DNA of 64,000 nucleotides from Patescibacteria group bacterium (GCA_028715115.1 JAQUSN010000001.1:3314-67313); one strand, 5' to 3'. Positions 1 to 10,024 are shown, counted from the first letter of the stretch. Made by a program: numbers and translations. The notes: a model not told the origin generated them from the letters alone.

Positions 1-217
1 CAACCTGGGTTTGCGGGCGAAGCGGACTAACAACTCTAATCTTCTCTAATTTATTTTTAGGAGTTTTTATAGCCAGTGTTTCTTGAGCGGCAAACTCTCC
101 AGGCTGCGAAAGATCTCTTAATTTATTCAATTTATAGTTCACGCCAAATAGTTTTTCCAGGTCATGCTGTGACAAATGAACGTGCCGGGCGGAACTTTCA
201 ATAATAATTTTGGTCAT
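1..217 (-). CDS. pduL: Phosphate propanoyl/acetyltransferase PduL, 5' part (runs off window start; absent from ORF track)
   Basis: Manual translation from ATG 217 gives MTKIIIESSARHVHLSQHDLEKLFGVNYKLNKLRDLSQPGEFAAQETL...RVVSPLRPQTQV, containing the PduL motifs SxRHxHL and LSQPGxFA. Confidence 0.9.
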   Translation of the reverse strand, partial: MTKIIIESSARHVHLSQHDLEKLFGVNYKLNKLRDLSQPGEFAAQETLAIKTPKNKLEKIRVVSPLRPQTQV

Positions 218-221
218 TTTG

Positions 222-2642
222 TTAAAAATTTCTTAATTTAGCATTAAATTTATCAAATAATAATTTTACCAAATCATTAATAACCTTATCTATTTCCTGT
301 GAATTTAATGTTCTTTCAAATGATTGAAAAGTTAAATGAAAGGCGACATTAAGCACGTCAGCGCCTAATTTGTCTGACTCAAAAACATCAAATGCTTCTA
401 CTCCAGAAATTAAGGGATGAAAGTCCTTGATTGTTTTTAATAAGTCAGCTAAAACCGTCGACCTAGCCACAATAAAAGACAAATCTCTTAAAATCGGAGG
501 GTAATTGGAAATAGTTTTAAACATTGGCGTGGGCCTTTCGATTACCTTGAGGTTTTCTATATTAATTTCAAATAAACCAGCGCCGGAATTTATCTTTAAT
601 GAGTTTTTTAGAGCATCATCTAATTCTCCTGTGACGCCAATCAATTTTTTATCAACAAAAATGCCGATTATATTTTTAAGATATTGATACTGATGATTCT
701 TGCCAACTTGAAAAGAGATTCGTTCCGTACCAAAACCGGCTTTCGACAAAACCGTTTCGATTATTGATTTAATCGAATAAAATAATTTTTTATTCTTTTC
801 GATGATAATGCCCGAGCAATATTTTTCTTCTTTTACCAGCATTTCCTGATCCGGTTGATAGATTTTACCAACCTCAAAAATCCTAAACTGACCAAAAATT
901 GGAATATTCTTTAGGGCATTCTCCAATAAATAAGGAATTAAACTTATTCTTAAATATTTCAATTGCGGACTTAAGGGGTTGGCTAGGGACAAATGATCCT
1001 CGATCTTCAGCTTTAGCTGATTAATTAATCTATCTCCGTAAAATGAATAATTATAAGTCTCATCAAAACCACTGGCAACTAGGGTTAATTTAATATTTTG
1101 CTCAAGTTTAAAATCGTCATTATAAGAAACCGGCGTAATTTGACCCGTTAGCGGTTGCGGCATCAAATCGTCTAAACCATAAATACGCACAATATCTTCT
1201 ATTAGGTCTTCCGGCTGCTCCACGTCAGGCCTATACAAAGGAACGCTTACTGATATTTTTTTCTGGCTTATTTTTTTCACCCCAAAACCCAATGACTTTA
1301 AAATGCTTATTATTTTAGTTAAATTAATCGGAGCGCCAACTAAATCATGGACTCTTTTTACGTCTAAGGCGATGATTTTTTTGTTTTTTATTAAATTACT
1401 AATCTTAACACTCCGTAAATCATAAATCTGGCTGACTATCTTCCCGCCGGCTAATTCTTCTATTAATTCAACGGCTCTGGCGAGTCCTTGCTCGGAAAAA
1501 GTTACAGGTAAACCTTTTTCAAAACGCAAAACCGCCTCGGTTCGCAAGCCGGTTCGCCAAGAAGTACGACGAATAGCGGCTGGTTCAAAAAGCGCCGATT
1601 CGATTATGACAGTCTTGGTCTTGCTATCAATAGCTGAGTACTGGCCGCCGATAATGCCGGCCAAGGCTATTGGACCGCGGTTATCAGCAATAACCAAGTC
1701 GCCTTCCTGGCATTCGTAGGTTTTGGCATCAAGCGCTAAAATACGTTCGCTTTTTTTAGCCAAACGAACAAAAATATTTTTATTTTTTTCTGACGATACC
1801 TTGTCTAGCTTATCAAAATCAAAAGCATGAAGCGGCTGACCTCTTTCTAGTAAAACATAATTAGTAATGTCTACGACATTATTGATCGGTTTAATGCCCA
1901 AATTTCTCAATCTATTTTGAAGCCAAAGCGGCGAAGGGCCAATCTTAATAGAATCCATAATCACCGCCATATAGCGTGGACAGAGTTTATCGTTGCTAAT
2001 TTTAATGTTAACTTTTAGTAAACCGCTTTTTGTTTTTGGTAGTTTAAGCGGTATTTCTTTTATTTGCTGTCCTTTGATGGCTGCGATTTCTTTGGCAAAA
2101 CCTTCAACCGAGAATAAGTCAGGCCGATGAGTTAATGATTTATTTTCCACGTCTAAAATAGTATCGTCAAGCTCTAAAAGTTTAGTAATTGGTTCGCCGA
2201 CCCTTGATTTTTCGGGCAAAACTAAAATGCCGGTATGATCATCGCCCAAACATAATTCATCTTCGGCGCAAAGCATACCGATCGATTTTACACCCCTAAT
2301 AACAGCCTCTTTTATCTCCGCACCATTAGGCAATCGCGCACCGGGCAAGGCTAACGGAACTATCTGACCGGACTTGATATTAGGCGCGCCGCAAACAATT
2401 TCTAAGCGCTGATCTTGCCTGGTTTTTTTGTCGGGGAAAATAATGGTCGCGATTTTTAATTTATCTGCGTTAGGGTGCGGCTTAACTTCAACAATTTTGA
2501 CGGCAATAATCCGATCTAAATTTTTATTCAAAGATACCGTGCCCTCAACCTGCGCTACGCGCGTAGTCAAAAGTTTAGCCAAATTTTCTGGCGATTCGTT
2601 GAATTTTACTAACTTCTTGAGCCACTGATAAGATAATTTCAT
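222..2642 (-). CDS. pheT: Phenylalanine-tRNA ligase beta subunit
   Basis: HPNADKL, CGAPN, RPDL, INNVVDITNY, RFEKG and a C-terminal FDX-ACB domain; start moved to MKLSYQWL at 2642. Confidence 0.97.
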   Translation of the reverse strand: MKLSYQWLKKLVKFNESPENLAKLLTTRVAQVEGTVSLNKNLDRIIAVKIVEVKPHPNADKLKIATIIFPDKKTRQDQRLEIVCGAPNIKSGQIVPLALPGARLPNGAEIKEAVIRGVKSIGMLCAEDELCLGDDHTGILVLPEKSRVGEPITKLLELDDTILDVENKSLTHRPDLFSVEGFAKEIAAIKGQQIKEIPLKLPKTKSGLLKVNIKISNDKLCPRYMAVIMDSIKIGPSPLWLQNRLRNLGIKPINNVVDITNYVLLERGQPLHAFDFDKLDKVSSEKNKNIFVRLAKKSERILALDAKTYECQEGDLVIADNRGPIALAGIIGGQYSAIDSKTKTVIIESALFEPAAIRRTSWRTGLRTEAVLRFEKGLPVTFSEQGLARAVELIEELAGGKIVSQIYDLRSVKISNLIKNKKIIALDVKRVHDLVGAPINLTKIISILKSLGFGVKKISQKKISVSVPLYRPDVEQPEDLIEDIVRIYGLDDLMPQPLTGQITPVSYNDDFKLEQNIKLTLVASGFDETYNYSFYGDRLINQLKLKIEDHLSLANPLSPQLKYLRISLIPYLLENALKNIPIFGQFRIFEVGKIYQPDQEMLVKEEKYCSGIIIEKNKKLFYSIKSIIETVLSKAGFGTERISFQVGKNHQYQYLKNIIGIFVDKKLIGVTGELDDALKNSLKINSGAGLFEINIENLKVIERPTPMFKTISNYPPILRDLSFIVARSTVLADLLKTIKDFHPLISGVEAFDVFESDKLGADVLNVAFHLTFQSFERTLNSQEIDKVINDLVKLLFDKFNAKLRNF

Positions 2643-2713
2643 GCCAAAATTATTAAAAAATTTAGAGTGGAGCGAATAAATTTTTTGCCTGCCTGCCGGC
2701 AACTAAAATTTTG

Positions 2714-2815
2714 CCTGCCCGCCATAAGCCAGTCGAAATATTTTTGCCGTTTATTATTAGCAAGGTATGTCTAAATTTTATTTGCTATAACATCTGACAG
2801 GCGATGGCAGGCGGG
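2714..2815. mobile_element. ~100-bp MITE-like element with ends CCTGCCCGCCATA.. / ..GGCGATGGCAGGCGGG
   Basis: GC-rich imperfect inverted termini around an AT-rich core; the same termini occur at 35330-35439 and 44811-44911. Confidence 0.7.
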
Positions 2816-2818
2816 TGC

Positions 2819-2856
2819 ATCCCGTGAGTCCGACTATAGTCGGACTTTTACGGGAT
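2819..2856. repeat. Palindromic hairpin element
   Basis: ATCCCGT-G-AGTCCGACTATAGTCGGACT-TTT-ACGGGAT. Confidence 0.7.
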
Positions 2857-2921
2857 AACCAAAAATTTATTACTAAAATTTTAGATTCGCCATCTGGCGA
2901 AGACAAAGAGAGATAACCCAA

Positions 2922-5348
2922 TCAACAATTATTATTATTATTGTGACTAGAATTAATATTGTTAACTGGTTTTTCTTTTTCGATTAACCTAACCCTCGCT
3001 TTAGCCACGTCTGACTTAGAAGGATCGTTAATTGAAGTGACCTGGATTGGGAATTCGTAAAATCTATTTTCTATAGCCTCTTCATTTTTGACGGAAATTT
3101 CTAATCTAACTTCTTTGGTTAAACCGCTGGCCAAGTTGCCGCTTTCCCAACCGGTTCCCAAAATTTGTGAAGTAATTTCATTTCCATCTTCTAGAATATT
3201 GAAAAATCTAATATTCCAATTTTTATCCGGATAAGCCTGAACTAAGAATTTATCCACGCCTCGCCCGTCGTTTTGAACTTTCAGGTGGAAAACCGCAGTT
3301 TGTTCAGCAGCAATTTCTTGTTCTTTGCTTTGACCTAGGCCATCTAAATTATAAATTGTATCTCCCAAGTATCGATCATCTGTTTCGTCGCCATTTTTAA
3401 TCTGCGCATCCGGTTGATAGGCTAGAATCTCTTGCTTGTAGAAAGCATCTTTCAGCTTCCAAATTAAAGCCACCAAGATGATAAAACCTATTAAGCCTAA
3501 AACCCAATATAAAACAATCAGCCACGCCGGCGTCTTTAATCCTAATAAAATATCTATTTTATTACCATCTTTACTTAAAGTAAAAATTGGAGACGCGTAT
3601 GGATTGAAATTCTCTTGATTAACTTTCAACCGATATGATCCGGCAGGTAGCATGAATTCATCATATACCCCGTTCTCGTCGGTTATGGTTGAAGCCATAA
3701 ATTGGCAACAGCCCTCGCCACATCGATATAAGTTAACCGTCACATTAGCCATAGGCTCATGATTTTTTTTCTTATAAACATGTCCGTATGGACTGACGAA
3801 AAATTGATTTTCCTGAAAAACCTTGCCATTGCCGATGGTTTGCAAATTATAACCACCAGGCTGAATTATCAAATCTTTATTGATTTGGAAAGTCAGCATG
3901 CCGTCTTTATTGGCCTGATAATTAAAAGGACTTTTATTGTCGGTGGCATTAATTAAATTAAAATTAATAGTTTGCTCTGGTAAAATAGTTCCAATAATGC
4001 TTTTCACCGGACCAGCAATAACAAAGTGGTCAGATTTTAATCCCGGCAAAATAAGTTTTGTATTTTCAACTATTGCTCCATCCCACAGCCCATCACCGTC
4101 AGTATCTTTTTCTTTAGGATTAGTCCCTAAAGTACACTCTTCCTTATTAATCACAAAGTCACCATCTAAGTCTAATTGAGCGTCACTTGGATCCTTTGGA
4201 TTAAGTCCATATTTAACCTCGCAAAGATCAGACATACCATCTTTGTCTAAGTCTGTATCAATATTTACTCTAACCTTAGCTGCATCTATCTTATTAACCG
4301 GATCATTGAGAGAATGGGTGGCAATACCAAATTCAGCGAAATCACCGGTCTGGACTGATTCGGGCACGCTAATTTCCATCTTAAATTCTAAGTTTTTATT
4401 GGGCTGTAAGCCGAATCGATAACCATTTAACATTTGCAGACTAATGTTGTCCCATTTATCACTATTTTTAACAAAATAACTAACCTGCCAATCCTTGGTT
4501 TCACTGCCCGCTTTAAGCACAAACGTATCAGCTTGGCTGCCGACATTAGTCACTCCCAGGTTAACGACCGCCGGATTAAAGGCGGCACTAGAAACTATGA
4601 TTTTAGATTGGATAACCACTGCGTCTGGTTTTTCATAAACTCCCAATCCGATATAATTTTGCTCGCCTGCTGTCTTAATTTCTAAATCAGGCTGTTGAGC
4701 AGTTGTCGGCGTAGTTGAACCGCCTCCACCGCCTTGGTTACCACCGCCAGGCTGACCCGGCTGACCAGGAGTAACACCACCGCCTTGGTTACCACCGCCG
4801 GCATTAGCACTATTGAAGCGTATGGTAATGACACCCCTAACTAAATCTTGATTACCGCTGGTAGCTGAACGAGCTCGAACGAAAAAGACGCTTTCCTGGC
4901 CGTAAAAAACATTTTCCGTCGGCGTCACATACATAAAAAATTCTTCCTGGCGATTATGCGGCAAAGAAGCCGTGCTCCAACCGCTTCCGGTGATGTTGCC
5001 GGTAATATCTCGGCCTGTAACGTCCTTATAAAGTATAGTCCAATAGCTATCAGTTGATGAACCAGTAATCACAAATTTATCTACTGGGTCACCGTCATTT
5101 TCTACTCTCAGACGATAACCAACCTGTTTATGCGCATCAATAATCTGATAAATAGTTTGATTAAAAGCAGTGTTGTTATAAATCCCACCGCCAGCATAAT
5201 TAGCCGTAGTGTCATAGCCGATCATTAAATCAGGCTGATAGTCCGGCGCCTGAGCTTTAACCACCGAAGAATCAAATGTTGGCAATAAAACAAAACTTAC
5301 TAAAATCAAACCGACTAAAAACATTTTTCTGATCGATGTTTTATTCAT
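2922..5348 (-). CDS. Large exported/membrane-anchored surface protein (3 repeated Ig-like QPD modules, Ca-binding DxDxDG repeats, carboxypeptidase-regulatory-like domain)
   Basis: Signal peptide ending VKA, three QPD(L/A)xI...YxG modules, DKDGMSD and DTDGDGLWDG, Gly/Pro linker, TM helix near aa 610-630. Confidence 0.75.
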   Translation of the reverse strand: MNKTSIRKMFLVGLILVSFVLLPTFDSSVVKAQAPDYQPDLMIGYDTTANYAGGGIYNNTAFNQTIYQIIDAHKQVGYRLRVENDGDPVDKFVITGSSTDSYWTILYKDVTGRDITGNITGSGWSTASLPHNRQEEFFMYVTPTENVFYGQESVFFVRARSATSGNQDLVRGVITIRFNSANAGGGNQGGGVTPGQPGQPGGGNQGGGGGSTTPTTAQQPDLEIKTAGEQNYIGLGVYEKPDAVVIQSKIIVSSAAFNPAVVNLGVTNVGSQADTFVLKAGSETKDWQVSYFVKNSDKWDNISLQMLNGYRFGLQPNKNLEFKMEISVPESVQTGDFAEFGIATHSLNDPVNKIDAAKVRVNIDTDLDKDGMSDLCEVKYGLNPKDPSDAQLDLDGDFVINKEECTLGTNPKEKDTDGDGLWDGAIVENTKLILPGLKSDHFVIAGPVKSIIGTILPEQTINFNLINATDNKSPFNYQANKDGMLTFQINKDLIIQPGGYNLQTIGNGKVFQENQFFVSPYGHVYKKKNHEPMANVTVNLYRCGEGCCQFMASTITDENGVYDEFMLPAGSYRLKVNQENFNPYASPIFTLSKDGNKIDILLGLKTPAWLIVLYWVLGLIGFIILVALIWKLKDAFYKQEILAYQPDAQIKNGDETDDRYLGDTIYNLDGLGQSKEQEIAAEQTAVFHLKVQNDGRGVDKFLVQAYPDKNWNIRFFNILEDGNEITSQILGTGWESGNLASGLTKEVRLEISVKNEEAIENRFYEFPIQVTSINDPSKSDVAKARVRLIEKEKPVNNINSSHNNNNNC

Positions 5349-5375
5349 AATCCTTTAAATATATAATTTAAATAT

Positions 5376-6431
5376 TTAAAATTGTCTTAAAAACCTTAAA
5401 TCACCGCCATTAAACCATCTAATGTCATCAACTTTATGACGCATCATCACCAACCGATCTAAACCGATGCCAAAAGCAAAACCAGTATATTGAGGCTGGA
5501 CCTGCCTGCCGGCAGGCAGGTAGCCAGCAGCACGCAAAACATTGGGATGAATCATGCCACAACCGAGCATTTCGACCCAACCGCTTTGACCGCAAACAGG
5601 ACAACCCTGGCCACCACATCTAAGACAAGAAAAATCTAATTCAAAACTTGGTTCAGTAAAAGGAAAATAGCTTGGTCTAAGCCTAACTTCGACGTCGCGA
5701 CCAAATAAATAATGCAAAAAAGTCTTTAAAGTATGAAGTAGGTTAGCTACGGAAACGTTTTTATCAACCACAAATCCTTCAATTTGGTATAAACTATGTT
5801 CGTGTCTAGCATCCGTCGCTTCGTGACGATAGCATTTGCCGATAACGCAAACCTTGAGTGGCGGTTTTTGTTTCTCCATTACCCTAACCTGCATCGCCGA
5901 AGTATGCGCCCTTAAAAGCAATCTGCCATTTTTTGATGGTTGATGATTGAGCCAAAATGTATCCCACATGTCGCGCGCCGGATGATTAGCGGGAATATTT
6001 AAAACATCAAAATGATAATGTTCGTTCTCGACCTCTGGCCCCTCTAGCACCTGCCAACCCATGGAGTGAAAAATGTCAGCTACTCGCATCTTCATTTGCG
6101 TGTGTGGGTGTAAATGACCGAGCTTAATCGTCTGATCAGTTAAATTTAAATTCAAGTCCGGCAAATCGTCGACTTGTCGAGAATCAGCCACTGATAAATC
6201 ATTTTTTCTATTATTTATAGTTGACTCTAAAATATTTTTTACCTCATTGATAAGTCGTCCCATTTCTGCCTTCTCTTGTGGAGTCATATCTTTTATCTTT
6301 ATGCTAAAATTCCGCAATTGCCCGTTGCGTCCTAAATATTTGCGCCACAATTCTTCTAATGAATTAAAGCCGCCCGCCGTTCTAATTTCTTGCAGCGCTG
6401 AATTTTTTAAATTTTCCAAAGACTCTTTCAT
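5376..6431 (-). CDS. pheS: Phenylalanine-tRNA ligase alpha subunit
   Basis: GHLHP, HPARDMWDTF, YFPFTEPS, GFAFGIGLDRL. Confidence 0.97.
   Translation of the reverse strand: MKESLENLKNSALQEIRTAGGFNSLEELWRKYLGRNGQLRNFSIKIKDMTPQEKAEMGRLINEVKNILESTINNRKNDLSVADSRQVDDLPDLNLNLTDQTIKLGHLHPHTQMKMRVADIFHSMGWQVLEGPEVENEHYHFDVLNIPANHPARDMWDTFWLNHQPSKNGRLLLRAHTSAMQVRVMEKQKPPLKVCVIGKCYRHEATDARHEHSLYQIEGFVVDKNVSVANLLHTLKTFLHYLFGRDVEVRLRPSYFPFTEPSFELDFSCLRCGGQGCPVCGQSGWVEMLGCGMIHPNVLRAAGYLPAGRQVQPQYTGFAFGIGLDRLVMMRHKVDDIRWFNGGDLRFLRQF
5501..5520. repeat. Perfect 20-bp palindrome inserted in pheS
   Basis: CCTGCCTGCCGGCAGGCAGG, encoding LPAGRQ; related copies at 2688-2701, 8569-8589, 35707-35746 and 39426-39440. 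Confidence 0.85.
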
Positions 6432-6433
6432 GG

Positions 6434-6823
6434 TTATTCTAAATTTTTAATCGGGCGACGATTGGTTAAAATTAAAACCTCAATAATAATGACGAGCAGG
6501 GCAAACAAGGCGACATTCCACCAACGTAATAAGCGAAAACTTTGAAGCAATAAAGCAAAAATAATTATTAAAGCAATCCAAATTCCCTGACGGAAAGCAA
6601 TGCTGACTTGGGCAAAAATAGGGGTTTTGCCCAAACGAGCACGAATTAAAAATCCCACCAAGGCAGTACTGCCCAAAATCGCCAAAAATAAACTAAGATA
6701 AAATAAAACAAACCCTAATATGCCGGCGTTTTGCGGGTTGACCAGGAAGATCGATAAAACCCAAACGCCCCAACAAATTAAGGTGCAAATAAACATTAAA
6801 TTGAGATATTGTTTTAACGTCAT
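6434..6823 (-). CDS. 4-TM membrane protein, hypothetical
   Basis: 129 aa, four hydrophobic segments, abuts pheS. Confidence 0.75.
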   Translation of the reverse strand: MTLKQYLNLMFICTLICWGVWVLSIFLVNPQNAGILGFVLFYLSLFLAILGSTALVGFLIRARLGKTPIFAQVSIAFRQGIWIALIIIFALLLQSFRLLRWWNVALFALLVIIIEVLILTNRRPIKNLE

Positions 6824-6893
6824 AGATGTTAGTTATTTTAACAAAATTTAATAAAAAATCAAGCCCAGTTAGAACAACTTTACTAATGCCTTA

Positions 6894-6910
6894 GCCCCGC
6901 TAAGCGGGGC
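6894..6910. terminator. GC hairpin downstream of the helicase gene
   Basis: GCCCCGC-TAA-GCGGGGC. Confidence 0.45.
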
Positions 6911-6929
6911 GTAAAGTTTAAGGGTAAGT

Positions 6930-9900
6930 CTATATTTTACGGTACTCACAAATATCCTTAAAATCGCAATACTTGCAAAGCATACTCGGCTTGGCCGGAA
7001 AATTACTGTGATGAATTTCGTCAAAAATTTTGGCGATTTTTTGTTTCATATCATCCAGCTCGCCCTCCGTCCCTAAAAAAGACAACTGGGAATTATCTTC
7101 TAAAAAAATATAAGTTAATTTTTTAATTTCTTTTTTGAACAAACCGGCCGCGGCTAATTGATAAATCAGTAATTGCTCTTTATCTTCGGCTGATAATTTT
7201 CCGTCTTTAACGGTACCGGTTTTATAATCAATAATTTCTAAACCGTCTCCCAAATCGTCTACCCGGTCAATTTTTCCCTTAATCGTGCAGTCGCCGACCT
7301 TAAAATTAAAATCTAACTCCACATATTGAACGTCTGGTTTCGAGGTGCTGAATTCCTGATAAAATTTCTTTAAACTCTTCTCTCCCTTTTGCCGATATTC
7401 TTCCCGCAACTTATCGTCCGGATACCATTCATCAATCCAGCACTCATCATAAATCTTCATTATCAAATCCTGGTTTGGCACGACAGGCTCTTCCTTTTTC
7501 GGCGTTTCAAATAATTTGCTTTGTACGACTTTCTTCTGCAATAAAACTTGCGACAAAAACTTTTGGAGCGTTAGATGCATAGTCTGGCCAAAACTAAATA
7601 CATAACGGCCGCGAACTGGAATACGCAAAATAAAACCGAATTTATATTGCAACGGGCAATTTTCAAAAGCGCGCAGTTGGCTAAAACTAATTTTGGCCGG
7701 CAAATTAAATTGAGTGATTACTTTTTTTTCTTCCTCTTTAAAAATCGGCAATTTTAAGACTTTTGTTTTTTTACCTATAGCCTCTTCTTTTATTAAACCT
7801 AATTCATATAAAAATCTTGAGGCCTTTTTCTTGCGGGCGCCACCGTAATCATCGGCTAAAGTTAAAAATAAATTATCTTTGGCGCGAGTTAGTGCCACGT
7901 AAAATAATCGCCGTTCTTCTTGTAAATGAATATCGCCTTCGGGAATTATCTCGCGAGTCAAGGCATCGGGCAATTCAACGCCTTCTTTGCGCTCTGAAGT
8001 AGGAAAACGGCGATCAACTAAATTAACTAAAAAAACCGTTTTAAATTCCAGGCCTTTAGCGCCATGAACGGTCATAATTTTTACCGTCTCCGGACCAACT
8101 TCAATAATATCAGTCGGCAACGAGCCCTCATCGCCAGCTTCAATAATAATATCGATCGTCTCAATAAAATTCTTTAATGATTTATCGGTATTGGTTAATT
8201 CGAATTCTTCTATTTTTTTGAAAAATTGGCTAACCCAGGCAACATTCTCTATATTTTCTAGGCCGCCTTTTTCAGCCTGCCGGGAAATACTTTTCAAATA
8301 ACCAGAATCTTCCAAGAAAGAATAAACTATTTTACCCGCGCCCTGCTGTCTGGCCATCTGGCTATGTTTTTCAATCCAGCCCAAAAGCTGATCAATGGCC
8401 GACGCGCCATCTTTGGAAATTTCTTGCAAAGAATGAATTGTTTTTAGTGTTTGATAAAGAGATTTTCCTTTGCGGCGCGCCGCATTTATTATGTTGACTA
8501 AGTCTTCGTTAGTTATTTTTCCGCCCGAGGCGTGAACCCTAGGCTCATCAGCCTTGGGCTGAGATCGGCCTGCCTGTCCGCTAGGCAGGCCCTGGGCCGA
8601 AAAAATCGGCGACGTTAAAATCCGATAAAGCGCTGTGCTTTCGTGATAATTAACTAATAATTTTAAATAGGCCAAAATGTCTAAAATAATCGGCTTAGAA
8701 AATAATCCGCTGTGGGCTAAAAATTGATAAGGCACATTGCGCCAACGCAAAGCCTGGCAAAATATTTCCGCCTGATTATTAGCCCGCACTAAAATGGCAA
8801 AATCGTTCCAACTGGCTTCCGGGTTTTTTTCTTTCATCTCGATAATTTTATCGACTACGGCTTTGGCCTCTTCGTCTTGAGTGGCACTTTGCAGTAAATC
8901 AATGTTTGCGCCATTACCGCGCGTAGCTTCAAGTTTTTTGCAAATTACGTTTTTGGGCAAATCGCCCACTCCGTCAAGCTGAGAAACCTGCGCCTCCAGA
9001 CGATTGGGATTATTAAGCTGAATAAAACGATAGGCCATATCTAATATCTCTTGTCTGGAACGATAATTTTTCACCAAAACAACTTCTTTGGTTTTGGGGT
9101 AATCTCTTTTAAACTGAATAACATTGTTATATGAAGCGCCACGGAATTTATAAATACTCTGGTCATCATCGGCCACTACGGTTAAATTATTCTTTGGAGC
9201 GCCTAATAATTTTAATAATTCATATTGCGACCAATTAGTATCTTGAAATTCATCAACCAAAACATATTTAAACTGTTCCCTGTATTTAGCTAAAACGTTT
9301 GGCCGATCTTTGAAAAGCTTGATCGTATAATTAATCAAATCACCAAAATCAAGCGCCGAATTTTCTAATAATAGTTGCTGGTAAGTTTGATAAGCCTCGG
9401 CGATTTCTTTGAGCCGGCCGGCTTCCTGATCTAAAAGTTTATGGCTGGTTACCGTATCCTGATCTAGGGCAATTTTCTCCGCGTAATTTAAATATTCTTC
9501 GGGTGTAATAAATTCGTCTTTAGCCCGAGAAAAATGCTTGATCAAATCTTGAATGAATTTAAACGGCGTACCGAGCGGCCGATAATAGTTTAGATTAAAA
9601 CGGCTAAAATTCTGGCGGACCAAAAGAGCCTGTTGGGCAGAATTAATGATTTTAAAATTAAGCGGGAGTCCAATTTCAATGGCGTGCTGGCGTAAAATTC
9701 TTTCGCAAAAAGAATGAAAAGTCGAAGCCCAAAGGTCAACATAACCATAAGGTAATAATTTATCAATGCGCTCTTCCATTTCTTCGGCCGCCTTATCAGT
9801 AAAAGTCAAAGCTAAAATTTCTTCGGGTTTGGCCTTTCCGGACAAAATCAGCCAGGCGATGCGCCGGGTAATAACCGTGGTTTTGCCCGTACCCGCTCCG

Positions 9901-9992
9901 GCGATAATTAAAAATGGACCGTCGCCGTGAATGACCGCCTGTTGTTGCTCTTGGTTTAAATCGCTGGTTATTTCTTCTAAAATCATAAGCAT
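6930..9992 (-). CDS. UvrD/PcrA-family SF1 helicase fused to a C-terminal PD-(D/E)xK (RecB/AdnB-like) nuclease
   Basis: AGAGTGKT, DEFQDTN, MTVHGAKGLEF, EERRLFYVALTRA; C-terminal CP...GKIDRVD..IIDYKT..CxxCxxxxxC. Confidence 0.92.
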   Translation of the reverse strand: MLMILEEITSDLNQEQQQAVIHGDGPFLIIAGAGTGKTTVITRRIAWLILSGKAKPEEILALTFTDKAAEEMEERIDKLLPYGYVDLWASTFHSFCERILRQHAIEIGLPLNFKIINSAQQALLVRQNFSRFNLNYYRPLGTPFKFIQDLIKHFSRAKDEFITPEEYLNYAEKIALDQDTVTSHKLLDQEAGRLKEIAEAYQTYQQLLLENSALDFGDLINYTIKLFKDRPNVLAKYREQFKYVLVDEFQDTNWSQYELLKLLGAPKNNLTVVADDDQSIYKFRGASYNNVIQFKRDYPKTKEVVLVKNYRSRQEILDMAYRFIQLNNPNRLEAQVSQLDGVGDLPKNVICKKLEATRGNGANIDLLQSATQDEEAKAVVDKIIEMKEKNPEASWNDFAILVRANNQAEIFCQALRWRNVPYQFLAHSGLFSKPIILDILAYLKLLVNYHESTALYRILTSPIFSAQGLPSGQAGRSQPKADEPRVHASGGKITNEDLVNIINAARRKGKSLYQTLKTIHSLQEISKDGASAIDQLLGWIEKHSQMARQQGAGKIVYSFLEDSGYLKSISRQAEKGGLENIENVAWVSQFFKKIEEFELTNTDKSLKNFIETIDIIIEAGDEGSLPTDIIEVGPETVKIMTVHGAKGLEFKTVFLVNLVDRRFPTSERKEGVELPDALTREIIPEGDIHLQEERRLFYVALTRAKDNLFLTLADDYGGARKKKASRFLYELGLIKEEAIGKKTKVLKLPIFKEEEKKVITQFNLPAKISFSQLRAFENCPLQYKFGFILRIPVRGRYVFSFGQTMHLTLQKFLSQVLLQKKVVQSKLFETPKKEEPVVPNQDLIMKIYDECWIDEWYPDDKLREEYRQKGEKSLKKFYQEFSTSKPDVQYVELDFNFKVGDCTIKGKIDRVDDLGDGLEIIDYKTGTVKDGKLSAEDKEQLLIYQLAAAGLFKKEIKKLTYIFLEDNSQLSFLGTEGELDDMKQKIAKIFDEIHHSNFPAKPSMLCKYCDFKDICEYRKI
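8520..8600. repeat. Nested palindromic in-frame insertion in the helicase gene
   Basis: 81 bp GC-rich stretch encoding SAQGLPSGQAGRSQPKADEPRVHASGG; contains the hairpins GCCTGCCT..AGGCAGGC and TCAGCCTTGGGCTGA. Confidence 0.75.
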
Positions 9993-10024
9993 ATTCTAGC
10001 AAATTTAATTTAAAAAGCCAACCC

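Noticed and set aside
2643-2702. N-terminal extension MPAGRQ... of PheT
   Set aside because: It derives from a palindrome fragment; the typical PheT start is ATG 2642
4726-4799. 23-bp direct repeat
   Set aside because: It encodes a GGGNQGGG linker duplication with no sign of mobility
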